Positions 38,784-52,622 of a stretch of 64,000 nt of DNA are shown here, one piece after another (positions within the stretch are counted from its first letter, which is position 1; the number at the start of each line of letters is the position of its first letter). The notes beneath the pieces were generated by a model. The model was given only the letters and a program-made list of their open reading frames with translations, searched no databases and had not been told where the DNA came from. Position numbers and translations under genes: made by a program. The DNA is from Schizosaccharomyces osmophilus (Eukaryota): contig NC_079239.1 of assembly GCF_027921745.1 (NCBI RefSeq), positions 1,798,001 through 1,862,000 of the forward strand, written 5' to 3'.

Positions 38784-39851
38784 CGCTTATTTGTTGGTGA
38801 AAGGCATAATAATTAGTCCATACGAACCATCTCCATACTTATCACATTACTAAATAATACCGTATAGGGATTAATGGAATAGGTTACCCTTCTACCGTGT
38901 TAACAACAGTAGTATTATTAGTATTATAATATTGTCATCATTACCATAGCTGCCCAAATGGATGCCGTCGAACACGAGATGGGTATGTGTATCAAGTGAA
39001 ATAAATAGTACACTGTTCATAGAATATAGCCAAAAGTCGAATCTTACAGTTTGGAGAATGCGATTGCTGATTCACAGGAATGTACAATTTTGCTACCTTG
39101 TCAACTAGTCAAACTGTTAACTCAAATAGCTCTTTCATCATCAAAAGTCGTCTTTGTCTGTATTAAACTCTCATCATTGTTTTCATCTTCATATGTATAT
39201 CTTGCATAAACAATGATTTGTTTACTTATAATAATACGACAATTCTATAAGTTTATACATAATAAAAAATATATTCTACTATTACTATTCGTAAAACGTT
39301 GAAATGCAAATTATATTATGGAGGTACCGACCATAGCAGCGGTGTAAGTGTCATAACCCATATACGATATTTATTACTAATGTCGTGTTATTATTATTGT
39401 ATAACAATAAGGATTCATGAATGTAATGAATAAAGAAAAAACTGTTTAAACAAGAGTCGAAAGAAGACAAAGAAAATAGTTTTAGACGAAAACTTTGTTA
39501 CAAATCATAAAAATGCGATAATTACCTGGCAAATATTCAGATTGGGAGATTTGACTGATCTAGCTAAATAAATTGTCCTTACAACTTTGTTAAGTGAATC
39601 AGATCCCTGGAAGCTATTGCTATTCAATCCAAGTAGTACCAAAGCATCCAATTGAAAGTAAAACATACAATTTACTGAATGGTTATTACACATTTTTCCA
39701 TTGAATACTTATTCTCATAACAAGTGAGATTCAACCTGTGACAGTATGTACATACAATCTTAGTATGACATGTACGGCCAATAAAGAAATGAGGAAAACT
39801 AGCAAGAATCCTTATATTCGAATAAATAGAAAGTCTAAATAAATGATTTCA

Positions 39852-39892
39852 TTAACTCTTGACTTGTCATAAATAAAAAAGTCAAGAGTTAA
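39852..39892. repeat. Perfect 14-bp inverted repeat with 13-nt spacer
   Basis: TTAACTCTTGACTT (39852-39865) and AAGTCAAGAGTTAA (39879-39892). Confidence 0.9.
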
Positions 39893-40191
39893 AGCAGACA
39901 GACATCCATACTGTCATCGTCTTTTATTATAGACACATAAGAAAACATTAGTCATTTTCACGCAATAAACGGAAAAGTAAACCATAAATGTACATAGTTA
40001 GAACTTGCTTTGATAGGATTTTAACCCAAGGGTAAACCCGCCAAATAAGAAATCAAAATAGTCCTTCTGAGATGTCGTTGCATTCATAAATATTTGTTTT
40101 GTAAAATAAATTAGAAAGGTCAGCGAACTTCAGTCTCAACGTTAATAGAAGCAAAAGCATGATTAGATCTTTGAAAACTCTGATCATAATA

Positions 40192-42381
40192 TTATGCTTG
40201 CTGCCCATATTCTGTATTCCACCGATCATATCGTTCCAATCCGTCCAAATTCACACTAGGTCTAATTACTCTAAGACTCTGCAGGAAGTCTTGAAGATTA
40301 ATTGGACGAATTAATTCCATCTTTGTGAATAACAGCGATTCTCCCAAAGCTCGCAATGGACCCATAGCTGCGTCTTTGGCCAAAGCTGTTAAATCAGATC
40401 CAGAGTAAAATTTGGTAGCTTGAATAATATGTTCGATGTCCTCATCCGTCAGGTAATGCTTTTGGTGTTGCAAAAGATTTTTGATATGAACTCGTCGTCC
40501 CGTTTCGTCAGGTAAAGGAATATAGGTTCGGCGAACAAATCTTCTGCGAGCAGCCTCATCAATTGACCATGGTACATTTGTGGCTGCAAGAACTAAAACT
40601 CTTGGTTGATCGGCTGATTCTCTGGAAGCAGCAGCTCTTGCAAGCGAAGACCACTGGATTAGGAATTCCGTTTTGATTCGTCTCGAGCTTTCATGCTCAT
40701 TTCCATCAGCACTCCTAGCCGATAATAGCGAATCGATTTCATCTACGAAGATTATACTAGGAGATAGCTTTTTTGCTAACGTAAATAGAGCTCGAACCAA
40801 TTTTTCCGATTCTCCCAAAAATTTGGATGTCAAACTTGATGCCGATATTGAAAAAAAGGTAGATTTCGATTCGGTCGCTACCGCACGAGCTAGCATTGTT
40901 TTCCCTGTTCCTGGAGGACCGAAAAGAAGCATACCACGAGCTGGTTCACGAAGACCCTGAAACAAATCTGGTCGCAAAAAGGGGTATACGACTGCCTCCT
41001 TCAAAGACTCCTTCGCCGCATTTAAGCCGGCAATGTCATCCCAGAGTACTTCGTCTCCTTTAACTACAATTTCTCTTAGAATATTCCTTCCTAATTCCTC
41101 CTCAATTTCTGGACATTCATGGAGTACTTGCTCTTCTCTGCTTTTAACAGTCTGTGTTTCTGAAAATGGACTCATGTTTGCATTCGCAACTTTTTCTGTG
41201 GAAGAAGAAATGTCCCATCCGTCGTTGACACTACGGGAAGACATGCTGTCATTAACGGATGAAAGTGAGAGCTCCGAAGGAGATAACAATTGTCTTAAAA
41301 AAGGATTGTTAAAGTTGGCCGGATGCACAAAAGAAGGAGAAGAAGATGATAGTTGAAATTCAGGGACTTCAAAAGAAGCGGGGTCCGTCTTTGCGAGTGT
41401 GTTTGTAGTGGAACTTGAAGAGGAAAGTTGAATAGGTAGCTTTGATGCAGGACCCGACGGAGATGGAGATCCATGATAGTTCTTCGGAATCGCAATTGAT
41501 TCTGAAGTCTCTGAGGGGCTTAGCTTCGACAAATTACTCTTTTGCTTTGTATTACTTGATGAGGTGGTAGAGGGAAGATGAGAAGACTGCGGCTGGGGAC
41601 GAGCACTTTCAAACGAACGAGCTGGAGGATAAGTATGGTGCCCTTCAATTTGAGGATTATGTGGCTTGTAGGCGGCACTCGAAGCAATGTAAGAAGGTGG
41701 TAATGGATGATCTGTCTTCTTGGAAGGAGAAAGTAGTCCCCAAGCAAGTAGCGCAGCTTTATTCGCGTTTTTCAGTCGTGACTCTTCTGATGGAGGGTTG
41801 ATGGGTTTAGAGGGTTTGGGTGATGAGAGGAATTTGTTACCAAAGATAACACTTTTTATCTTGGAGGACTTTGTGAATTTTGGTGGGCTATTTCCTTCTG
41901 TTTCTGGGGGAGTTGGGCGCAATGATGTACGGCATATCGTGCTGGCCGGGGTAACTAAAAGTTGGCTAGAGGAACTAGCATTGCTTTGCATGGTCCCTGT
42001 GGCCGAACCTCGTCTCTCCCGACTTCCTTTCGGTCGATACTTCGCAGGCCTTTCTTCTTCTTTATACGGTGCATAGTTGACTGGCTGAGGATTTTTGAGT
42101 TGTTGGAAGGCAGCTTCTTGTAGCACAATCTCATTTCTTAATTGGTCAACTTGCGTTGTGAATTGTTCCAACATGCAAATAAGTGCCTCTGCGTACTTTC
42201 GTTCTTCTTGGTTCAAATCTTCGATAGTATCTTGGCAAAATTGAAAGCTGGGATTGTCGAGTATATTTTGTTTGGCTTTCTCAAACAACACAATCGCGTC
42301 CATATAATCTGAAGACTTTTGCTTATGCAATGCTACCTTTGCGAAGGTTTGAGTCGCATTGTAACATTCTTCTAAGCTCAT
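40192..42381 (-). CDS. Spastin/Sap1/Yta6-like meiotic-clade AAA ATPase
   Basis: [48 protein letters not shown]-terminal MIT-like helices and S/P-rich linker. Confidence 0.93.
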   Translation of the reverse strand: MSLEECYNATQTFAKVALHKQKSSDYMDAIVLFEKAKQNILDNPSFQFCQDTIEDLNQEERKYAEALICMLEQFTTQVDQLRNEIVLQEAAFQQLKNPQPVNYAPYKEEERPAKYRPKGSRERRGSATGTMQSNASSSSQLLVTPASTICRTSLRPTPPETEGNSPPKFTKSSKIKSVIFGNKFLSSPKPSKPINPPSEESRLKNANKAALLAWGLLSPSKKTDHPLPPSYIASSAAYKPHNPQIEGHHTYPPARSFESARPQPQSSHLPSTTSSSNTKQKSNLSKLSPSETSESIAIPKNYHGSPSPSGPASKLPIQLSSSSSTTNTLAKTDPASFEVPEFQLSSSSPSFVHPANFNNPFLRQLLSPSELSLSSVNDSMSSRSVNDGWDISSSTEKVANANMSPFSETQTVKSREEQVLHECPEIEEELGRNILREIVVKGDEVLWDDIAGLNAAKESLKEAVVYPFLRPDLFQGLREPARGMLLFGPPGTGKTMLARAVATESKSTFFSISASSLTSKFLGESEKLVRALFTLAKKLSPSIIFVDEIDSLLSARSADGNEHESSRRIKTEFLIQWSSLARAAASRESADQPRVLVLAATNVPWSIDEAARRRFVRRTYIPLPDETGRRVHIKNLLQHQKHYLTDEDIEHIIQATKFYSGSDLTALAKDAAMGPLRALGESLLFTKMELIRPINLQDFLQSLRVIRPSVNLDGLERYDRWNTEYGQQA

Positions 42382-43253
42382 TTTTCAGCATTCTCTTACT
42401 ACTCTTAAAATAAACCAAACAAGTAAAGCCAACAGGCAAGAAGTTTTTTGGGGAAAGTAGGCGGTGATCAAGTTCTTAAACGGTAAAGGATCTGTTCTGA
42501 ATGTCGAATGATGGACTCTCTTATGGTTCAAACGATTTGTACAAAATGCAGTATACGTGGAAATATGACTCTCAAGTGAATTTCGTGATTTTCAATCCTA
42601 ATCAAACTACTCAGAAAAAGAAAAAAAAGAAAAAACGTTCTAACTAAATAGTCAAAATTATACTTGAGAGACGTGCTCTTATGAAGTTTCCACTCGATCT
42701 TGTGATCCAAAATTAATTCTAGTATATGATTGCATAATGACGCAGAAGGACAATTACCTTTCTCGTAATGTAAACATATATAGAAAAGAAAAACAAAAAA
42801 TGTACGAGAATACAATGAGTGATTTATAAAAAAACTTACTCGTGGAAAAGCTACGCTTACTGCTGCTAATTTGCTGTAGGAGTTCTGATATATTAACATT
42901 TTTCAACTATAGAGTATCCATTTTCATAATATTTCTTCATTAACTTTTGCATAAAATAAGTTAAAACATAAAATCATTCTACTCGGAAGAATTTATCAAT
43001 TGGCAAAAATTATAAGTTTATATAGTAGGAACCCAGCTTGATACAACCATAAACACAAGCAAGAAAAGGGAATGTCGAAAAGTTTTGAAGCTTGACTCGG
43101 TAAAATGATTAAAATTTTCAAAGATAACTTTAAAATCAATCATAAACTTCGTACATAACTACAGTGTATTTGTATATAAAGGAATACTCAACATTTGGCC
43201 AAACAGAGAATCCAGTCATTGCTGAAATCGTCTTAATCCGGATTTTTACCAAT

Positions 43254-44981
43254 TTAGTCATTGGCCATGGAAAGGATTTGAGCAGACTTCGTCTTCAACA
43301 CAGGAGTCGGTCTCTTGGGATGGCTGTAATGTTGAATGCGCTGCAATTCACCAACAAAGCTTTGACCCCAGAATTGACTAGTGTATTTACTGACGTATCG
43401 ATACAGCTTTTGTTGGTTTGCATCTCTCTGGTTATCTGGCAAGGTTAATGCTTCATGAATGGCATTTGCCAACTCCTCCGTATTCCAAGGGTTAATTACA
43501 ATGCTGCCATTTAGGGATTGAGCTGCACCAGCAAACTCACTGAGAATCAAAGCACCGTGACGCTGTTGCTGAGTGCAGATATATTCGTACGAAACCAAAT
43601 TCATACCATCGCGGGTAGAGGTAATCAAACATACATCCGAAATGTTGTACAGAGCGACCAATTCTTCAAATCGAACGCTCTTGTGCAAAAAGTGAATTGG
43701 GGTATATTCTATGGTTCCAAAGCGGCCATTAATACGTCCAACGAGTTCGTTGACAACAGCTCGTAAGTTTTGATATTCTTCTACGTCTTGACGTGATGGC
43801 ACTGCAACCTGAACCAACACGACTTTGCCTACCCATTCGGGGTATTGTTCTAAGAAAACTTCGAAAGCATGGAATTTTTGAGGAACACCTTTGATGTAAT
43901 CAAGACGGTCAACACCAACAATGACTTTGACACCTTGTAACCGACGTTCCACCGTGGTAATCCGTTCTTGAACGGCATCAGATCTTAAAGCATCTGCAAA
44001 CTTTTCTGGATCAATTCCAATGGGGAAAGTCCCGACACTTACCATTTGACCATTGTATTCAACGCCATTTGGCAATGTACTAAGACCAAGGATTCGAGAG
44101 CAGGCAGAAAGAAAGTGGCGAGCGTAATCATATGTATGGAATCCGACTAAATCGCAATTCAAAACACCCTCAAGAATTTCATTGCGGACGGGTAAAACAC
44201 GGTAAATTTCACTACTCGGGAATGGAGTATGGAGGAACCAACCAATTTTGATGTTTTTCAACTTGTTTCCAATTAATTCACGAAGTAACTGAGGTAGCAT
44301 CATAAGGTGATAATCCTGCACCCAAATCAAATCACCATCGCGTAAGCTTTTAACAATGGCCTCGGCAAAGGCCATATTGGCTTTCTTATACGCCTCCCAG
44401 TTCTCCTCGTCAAAGCTAATTTCGCCAGGGTGGTAGTGAAACAATGGCCATAAAATACTGTTACTAAACCCATTGTAATGACGATCAGCAAGTTCATCAT
44501 CTAAGAAAACGGGAATTGCACTGTACTCGTTTTGCAGTCGCTCGACAATCATGGGCTTTTCTTCTTCGGGAATTTCTTGTCCTATACGCGTATTTGTTAG
44601 TCCTTGTCGTATAAACGATTCATTAAAAGCGAGGAATAGGAAAACTGGTTAAAATGTGAGGAAATATCAACATTTTTGAACGAGACAATCTCCTCCAGCA
44701 AATAACACCAACGTTTTCCAAACAAATTTCCTCCAACAATTGAGTCTTTATGAATTATTATCACAAAACATACCACACCATCCTAACCATTGAAATGTCA
44801 TCAATTTCTTCAGACCACTCAAGGCACTGACCAGGCCACCTGAAGACATGCTAAAGTCGTAAGTACCATTATCTTTACGCTTGATAGTAATCGGTAAGCG
44901 GTTGGAAACGACTATTAGACGACGGGTTTCGGAATTTGTATCTTCTGCAGAAGATTTTGCTGCTGCTTCAGAATTCGACAT
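43254..44981 (-). CDS. tps1: Trehalose-6-phosphate synthase, ~511 aa, 1 intron
   Basis: RLIVVSNRLP..SSGGLVSAL; intron 44773-44582; HYNGFSNSILWPLFHY, GVDRLDYIKG, RDGMNLVSYEY. Confidence 0.98.
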
Positions 44982-45147
44982 TATTAAGCCCTTGCACTTT
45001 TATAGAAAAAGTATCGTAGAATTCTTACTAGATGACACTAGTTTACTTTCCCTTTGGAGTATAAAAAGTTTATAGGTATGGGAGTTTGTAAACGGTAAGT
45101 GTTGTCAGTACTTATTATATGCAGTTCATTTTCCAGAAAATGCGTAA

Positions 45148-45712
45148 GAGGGGTATGATGCTATATGCTCCAGAGGGGAACTAACATCAATTCCGACAAC
45201 CCTTTCAATCAAGTTTATTGAATTTTTTCTTTTGTTTTTTTTCTTTTCTTTTCTAATTTTTACTTTCTATGTATTGGAAAATCATACCAAGAAAAGTTAA
45301 TATTATACTCAACTAACTTATTTATACGATATGGAAATGAACAGAAACTCCCTACTCGTAAAATAATACTTTAAAGGACAACAATGCAGAATCGTCCTGT
45401 CAAGCGAAGATCATGGATGTCAACGATCGATCTCTACTATCTTTGTTTCGTTTTTGCTGAATTTTATGCAGATGAATCGGATTTCTACACTATAAAACTA
45501 AACCCTAGAAAAGGAATACAGTAGCAATACATTCAAGTAGCCTACAGACAAACTGCGTCTTTTATTAATGAAACAGGGTTAAAGTAAAGACAGAAGCGTT
45601 GTATCCAGCAACTTCTTACTGATTTTCAGTTTGGATTTTCTTAATTTCGACACTAATTTTTTCACCGTGTCGAAAAGAATGATATTCGGTGACGAATTTC
45701 CATGTGACGTAA
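45148..45712. promoter_or_regulatory. Stress elements upstream of tps1: two STREP-like sites and a CRE
   Basis: GAGGGG (reverse complement CCCCTC) at 45148-45153 and 45173-45178; TGACGTAA at 45705-45712. Confidence 0.5.
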
Positions 45713-45920
45713 AATGTAAACAAAAAAAATTCAACCACACTCTGAAAATACAAAAAAAATTGCAGGAAGATAGCTCCCAAAAGAATGAAACAGTGTTTAG
45801 TTATCTATACAGAGAAAAAAAGGGAAAAAAGGGGATCATAAACAAAAAAGATGACATTATATTGAGAAACATTAACGGCAAGAGAAGAATTTTCTTTTTT
45901 TTTTTCTTACGGAAAACACA

Positions 45921-47450
45921 TCAAAAATCAACAACATATTCCCATCGTCCTTCTGCCAGTCCTCTTGCTGTATCGTCTAATAACACATCTCGTCGACTTC
46001 GTACATACACTGTTCGGTCCAAAACCTTTTGCTTATAGGATGGGAGCATCTTGTCAAAAGCCGGACTTTCACATAACTCACTTAAATTTTCTACAGCAAG
46101 CTCTAAATCACGCTGATTATCTTCAAATATCTCGGTTTGATTGTTTCTCACAAGATAATATGCGAAAGCGTACGTCCATTTTAAGGTCTGTCGACATTCA
46201 AACAAGGTATCAACAGCATTTTTTAGAAATTGTACTTCCACCCATGATAGATTCGAGTCCACCTGCATCTGGGTCATGCGATGATAGGTTTGGTCATATA
46301 GCTTATGGTCGAGTTTAGCAGACTGTTCGTGATTTGCAAACCGATTATAATAGTGCAAGTATCGCTCAAGAAATGCCCGCGAACGAGTTTGTGCGTCTCT
46401 AGCATTTGTCCCACTTTTTTCTTCATAGCGGTTACATGAATACCAGTTTGTGCCATGTTCGCTCCATGGACCCAAACAAACCCAACAATACTCGTATTTG
46501 CACTTTTTGCATGACATATGATTACAGCCACCATTTTTTTCTATTGTCGTAGCGCATTTTGGACATTCCTTTGTGTTGGCGTGAATCCAATTTGCCGTCT
46601 CCGAATCGTCTTGACATTTTTGTAACCATACCTTCACAAGTGGGCATATCGCAGGCTGGTGATTATCCCGACCGCAACCAAAGCAAAACTGTTTTCCGCA
46701 AAGACATGTCACGGTTGGTACAACCGAATTTAAGCTGCTTTGGGCAACATGACACTCGATGGCATAAGGACAATCGGGTGCTGGACACCAACGAAATGAG
46801 TCATTATCGTCAACAAAAGAACGATCCAGTAACCTAGAATACTGTACGTGGGATTTTTCATCTAAAAGCTTTAAAATCGACCGTTGTGAAATAATCTGGC
46901 TACATCCTTCTTCAGGACATTGAATCATAGTTTCTCCTTCTTGAATTCTCGAGACAAGATAATGCTGGTAACAAGATAAACAAAATTCATGGTTGCAATC
47001 GGCGCTAAAAAAGGAAAGCTTACCCTCATCAAAACAAATGGAACATGTACCCTCCTTTTCTACAACTTCATGTTTTTTCTCATCACTTTGTTGAACGCCG
47101 GCCTTATGAAGAGTTGTTTCAGGGTCATCAACGTACATTTCTAGCAACTTTTCTCGATTCCATTTGGAATAGCGATACAAACCCAACGCTTGCTCTCTTG
47201 TTAAACTGATGATAGACGTCAATTGTTCAATTTTTTCATTTTGCCAGGACTGAAGATCATTAGGACTAGCCACCTTGTATTCTACGTCGTATGCCTTCCG
47301 TCGTTTTTTTTCCACCGTAAATCCATAGTCATCAATACCAACATTATCTGCGTCAAATTCTTCCTCTAAATCCGAGCCTTCAAAGGCTTCTTCGTCAAAC
47401 ACTTCTTCTTCTTCGAAAAATTCTTGGTCTTCTTGGTATCCATCAGACAT
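45921..47450 (-). CDS. dbl4: Ariadne-family RBR E3 ubiquitin ligase
   Basis: Acidic N-terminus, RING1-IBR-RING2 (TKECPKCATTIEKNGGCNHMSC), Ariadne domain LERYLHYYNRFANHEQS. Confidence 0.9.
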   Translation of the reverse strand: MSDGYQEDQEFFEEEEVFDEEAFEGSDLEEEFDADNVGIDDYGFTVEKKRRKAYDVEYKVASPNDLQSWQNEKIEQLTSIISLTREQALGLYRYSKWNREKLLEMYVDDPETTLHKAGVQQSDEKKHEVVEKEGTCSICFDEGKLSFFSADCNHEFCLSCYQHYLVSRIQEGETMIQCPEEGCSQIISQRSILKLLDEKSHVQYSRLLDRSFVDDNDSFRWCPAPDCPYAIECHVAQSSLNSVVPTVTCLCGKQFCFGCGRDNHQPAICPLVKVWLQKCQDDSETANWIHANTKECPKCATTIEKNGGCNHMSCKKCKYEYCWVCLGPWSEHGTNWYSCNRYEEKSGTNARDAQTRSRAFLERYLHYYNRFANHEQSAKLDHKLYDQTYHRMTQMQVDSNLSWVEVQFLKNAVDTLFECRQTLKWTYAFAYYLVRNNQTEIFEDNQRDLELAVENLSELCESPAFDKMLPSYKQKVLDRTVYVRSRRDVLLDDTARGLAEGRWEYVVDF

Positions 47451-48169
47451 GATGTTTCACACAATGTCTTACACAATCCCAAAATGATTTGCTCTTCGTC
47501 ACAATCCTCGTAGCGATTCAAACCAAGGCAATTTCGGTTTACAGCTTCCAATTAAGACGATTCCGGATCCTCTTTTCTAGTTTCTATAGGTATATATATT
47601 ATAGGTATACAGGATAAACGGGTTCAATGGAAATGAAGGCAAAAATAAATCCTAATAAACGAAACCCTTTTACGCGTTTTTTGGCCGAAACCCAAGTTTT
47701 TACCAGCAAGACTTTCAGTGAAACAAAAGACACGAAAACAACCTGTAAATACAGAAAATCAATTACCCTTCTTGGTAGCCGCTATACGGTATAAGAGCCT
47801 AAAGTGATAGAAGTAAAGGAAGCGTTTGGTGGTTATGATTGTTGTAAGCGAATATTTTCTTAAACTATTATAACGAAAAAGGCTTCATTTCACTAAATGC
47901 TTTCGGATTCTTTGTTGCGTTACACAATTTGATTAGATACGCTTGGTTAACAGCCAAGCTACGCTTACTTGGAAACCTCCAGACACGGTGAAGGAAAGGA
48001 TCAATACCTGTTGATACAAAATTAGAAGTGAACATAGATATTGTTGTCATTATTTATAAAGAGAGAAACTATAGCTTTTATCATAACGTCGAAAGAAAGC
48101 TGCTTTTGCAACTAAGACATAGTAAACAAACGTGGCTGAACGAATCATTGGTTTCGTAACATAATTTTG

Positions 48170-51100
48170 ATGGACGAAAGCAACCTTTACAGAGTTTTAG
48201 AAGCATTGAATGTTGTTCACGCTCCTGAATCTAGTCGAGAAGCTCGATATGAGGCCCAAGGGGTAAGTTAAAGCTCTTTTTGATCAATTGTAGCTATTGG
48301 GGTTACTAACACGAATATAGTTGTTAGATAATTTGAAAGAGTCTTTTGATAACAGTTCTTCAGGTTTCCAGTTACTAAATCTAAATGATGAAGTTTTAAA
48401 AGCTAGAGGGTATAAAATTGATATTCATGTAGTCAGGCATTTTGCGTTAAGTCTTTTTGAAGCAAGCATTCATGGGAACTGGAAGAATTATGATGACCAA
48501 ACGAAGCTTTCTCTAATTTCTTTCCTCTGTACCTTCTCTTTGCAAAATGCAGATGCGCTCTCTGTTTACTACGTCCGCAACAAGCTAGCTTCTGTCTTTA
48601 TAGAAATTGTGAAGCGAGATTGGTATAGTCATGTTTGGAGAGAGCAATTTGATTCATTTTTGCAATCTCTCTGGAACATGAATGTGGAGCATCGCCAGCT
48701 TTCCTCTTTTATATTACGTGGCATCATGGAGGACTTATATCAATATGATGATCCTGTCGCTTCCCTTCGCTCTCACATTTTGTTTAATGCCCTAATCAGT
48801 GTTTTGTCCTCCTCTCGCACCCTTCACAAGTTGTACCCATCCGGTCTCCCTTATTCTGTATCTATACCCGAAAATAGCGAAGGATGGCTGAACCGTTGGT
48901 CATCAACACTTGACACCGAATCTGATGCATTAGAAAGTCTGAAATGCTTCAAGAGCTGTCTTTCTTGGGTCGCTACGGACTCAATCATTGAAGCCAATAT
49001 TGTGGCCCGGATTTGCAACATTTTAGTGAATGGACCGATTCATTTGAAAACACATGCCATCGACTGTATATACATTTGCGTCACCAGGAGCATGGAAATT
49101 GATGATCCTCTTTGGGCAACAGTTGAAGAATTGTTATCATCCGAGGGCCTTTATACTCTTCATCAAGTCTATTCAAACATATCCCAATCCATAAAAATTG
49201 AGGACTTATCTTCTTCTTCTGGTGATTACATTTTACTGAAAAAACTTGCCGAAACCATCGTTGCTCTTGGACAGTACAATTATTTGGATTCCAGTCGACG
49301 AAAGGCTATCAATCTAAATTGTCTAGATACTTATTCTTCCTTAATCCTTGAAATTATGAAGCATCCTAGTTTATTAATTAGTGCCATTTCCCAACATTTT
49401 TGGGTCTTGGCTTTGCGGGATCCTTTAATATCTAAACACGAAAAATTTCAAGGAGTTTATCCTCAGCTGCTTAATGTTGCATCAGAACGATTGCTTCGTT
49501 TTGAAGATGCCGTGGTTGACATGATGCCTGAGTCCCCTATAGCTGTGTTTCTCGCTGAAGACGTTGAAGGGGTCGCTGCTGTGCATTCTTTTTGTGGGAA
49601 TTATCGAAGATTTATGTTCGACATTGTTCGTCTCACTGTTTCTATAAAGCCCTTGGAATCTTTAAGTTGGGTACAAAACAACTTTCAAAGTATCTTGGTT
49701 AACAATATTAACCAGATTAAATCTCAAACATCTTTTTCGTCAAAGACGACTCCTCTTTATTTAATAATGGATGTAGGCTTTTCAACTATAGAAGCTTCGC
49801 TTCATGGAATTACACGCTGGAATGAGAATGTAACTGATAGTTCAACATATGAACTCATTTTACAAAGCTTATTTTTATGGTGTAAACAATTGGTTGAAAT
49901 CGAGTTTCAGGATCCTATGCTTATAACACGACTCATTAGTGTCCTGGTTTTGTTCACATCAATTCTGGCTCGTGAAAATACAACCTTGCTTGGGATTGTT
50001 TTGGAGAAAATTATTTCCGCAGTTACTTACAATAACTCACCATCGTTATACGGATTTTCTGATCTTCAGAAAGTCAATGAAATGCGAAGTAGATGTTGTT
50101 TCGAATTGGTCAGACTTGGAGAATTAATGCCAAATCCCTTGATGAACATTTTTGATCAGCTACAGAGCACTATTGACCAACTTGGCACGTATACAACTCT
50201 CAGTGGTTCAGAAATTGTGATGCTAAAAACATTTTTGTTCGTAATTTCTCAGTTCTCCGATATTAATCATGTTCTTAAGAATGAATATTTTGAAAAGCTT
50301 GTGGGTCCTGTTGTATCCACTTGGCTCGATGCTCAGCCTCCTGTAAATTCTCCCATGGAATTTTTAAATCACGTAAAGCTGCCTCAAATGGCTGCATATC
50401 TGTTTGCAAAGTATCCTTATAATGCGGATTATACAAAATTTGAGCTGGATACAGATGCATCCTCTTTTCAAACGGATTTGGAAGACAGTCGGAAATGGTT
50501 ATGGCCTATAAAATGCTTAGGTCGATTTTGTGAAGCTACTTACAGCAATAGACGGATACATCCATCAGAATTTGATGAACAGAAAACTTTGTGGTTGGTA
50601 ATCCTTCCAAACATAGTTCCTGGGTTACTGAAATTAATTGAACAGTTACATTGTTGTTGCGATCCCTCTTTCATCTCATCATTAGGAACACATAATTCTG
50701 CAATTCTTCAAAAAAGTATCGTTGAACGCTTTTGGCTTCACGGTGTTAGTCAAATTTCTAAAAATCAATTTTTGGAAGAATCATATAAAATGGATGTTTC
50801 TGCTAACAAGTTGATCCATTCTTTTGGACACTTTTTGCGTCGATTGAGGGAGTACTGTTATGGAGCAATCGCTTCCTTTACGAGACTTGGGGAGCCATTC
50901 TTCGCAATTCCAGCTTTGTCAACCTCCTTCCTTACTTCATTTTTTAATCATGCTTCTGGCCTTAGTCTTCATCAATGGACGTCCGTTGTCAACGTTATCA
51001 TAAAACCATACTGTTTACATTGTCCTCCTGCACTCCGTGATGAATGTTTATTACCTCTTCTTCCTCCTTTGCTTTCCGAATTGGATCGGAAGTTGGTGAA

Positions 51101-51929
51101 TGAATGGCGAAGCATAACCGAGAGAGGTCTTCTTGTTGAAGAGGATACCGAGGAAACAGACGACCTTTCAGAAGAAATGATAGAAGAATCTTTACTTCGC
51201 CATCTTACTTATGCTACATCAAAATTGATTACGGAAACGTTTTTACAAATTACACCTACACAATCCCGTTCGACGATCTCTTCAGACTTTGTTGAAAAAG
51301 AGTCATCGGCCAATGGTTCGTCCAAGTTATCTGATTACGTTTTAGATAATGCGATTATTTGTGAACCACTTCTAAGCACGCTTTGCCATTTATTAGCTGT
51401 TCATGATTCGAGAACAGTTACAATTGTTGTGAATGCGTTTATAGCAATTACACCTTTACTGGTATCTGAGCGTACCCATTCGATAGTTCGAGAGTTTGTT
51501 TGTCAACAAGTGTTTCAGACTGTCATAATGGCTATTAATGATTCTTACTTTGAGCAAATGCAATCTGATTTTGTCCGGTTGGCTTGCATTATCCTTTCTT
51601 ACTCTCAAGGAATTACAGACTCCTCCTTTAGAGTTTTAGCAAGTATTCCAGCTTTGGCTTCACAAGAAAATTTGCTGAATACGTTTGCGAATAGGTTCCG
51701 CGAAGCATCTACGCTGAAAATCCAAAAAGCATTACTTATGAGATTACTTAATTCCGGAAGAATTGTACCGAGAACTGATAGAAGAGCTCTAAATTCAGCT
51801 GTGCTTGATGTGAGTGCTAAAGAAATGTTGAAACGATTTGAAAAAAGTGTCAGTCTTCAGGACGATACAAATAAGGGTGATATTCTATCTAAAGATGAGG
51901 ATACTGGATTGGCTAATCTCTTTGGTTAA
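48170..51929 (+). CDS. msn5: Karyopherin Msn5/exportin-5
   Basis: Exon 48170-48262, intron, then 1202-aa ORF; importin-beta N-terminal pattern VRHFALSLFE..YVRNKLASVFIEIVKRDW, ERFWLHGVS, DLSEEMIEESLLRHLT. Confidence 0.92.
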
Positions 51930-52622
51930 TAAAGGAAAAGGAAAATAAATGATCATTGCTTCAAACAAGACTTTTAGTATGATAATCTACTTGTACATTG
52001 TTAAAGCAATTGGATATGATGAAACACCAAAGCTTCTTTGGCTGTAATCTAATGTGATATGTCGCGATGGTAAAAGACTCTTTTTTTATAGTCATCCTAT
52101 TTAGTTTAGTTTTAGTTGCTGAAAGTACAAGTAACGAATAAATGCTACGATAATTCAATGCTACACAAGATACCATAGTGTTTGTTTAAAGAGCAAACCA
52201 GATCAAATTTGAATGACTAGCATAAGCGGAAGTAAGTAATAGTCTTCATTTAGGAAAGTATGAACGTTCAAAATATTCTTGCTTATTCGGTGTTTTCACT
52301 GATTAGATGTCCCTAGAAAAATAAAACAATGAAAAAGAACAGAGCTAAAATTACCATTATGAGACAAAATTAATTCTCTATTTTCTAATTACATAAATTT
52401 AGAGGTATCTTTGGCGATCTTCATATCAGTGTTTACCCTAAAGACCGGTTCGACCTGGCCAAGTTACCATAACAAGCTATAACCTCCAACAATCATAAAA
52501 TTCAGTTTTCGCGAAAAACAAGCTATTTTTGGAGTAATCCAAGGGCATTTGGATGTGGTTTAAGCTGCGTCTTTAAAAACGGTTGATTTGCGGTGCTTGT
52601 GAACCAATCGGTCAGAAACAAG

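Noticed and set aside
42528..42899. Intergenic short ORFs (e.g. 42528-42899, 23700-23975, 30735-30980, 31136-31369, 45631-46038)
   Set aside because: F/L/I/K-rich translations of AT-rich DNA, many with TTG starts; no motifs or splice support.
52445..52457. GGTTCGACC B-box-like motif upstream of cps3
   Set aside because: Incomplete match to GTTCRANYC, with no A-box or cloverleaf.
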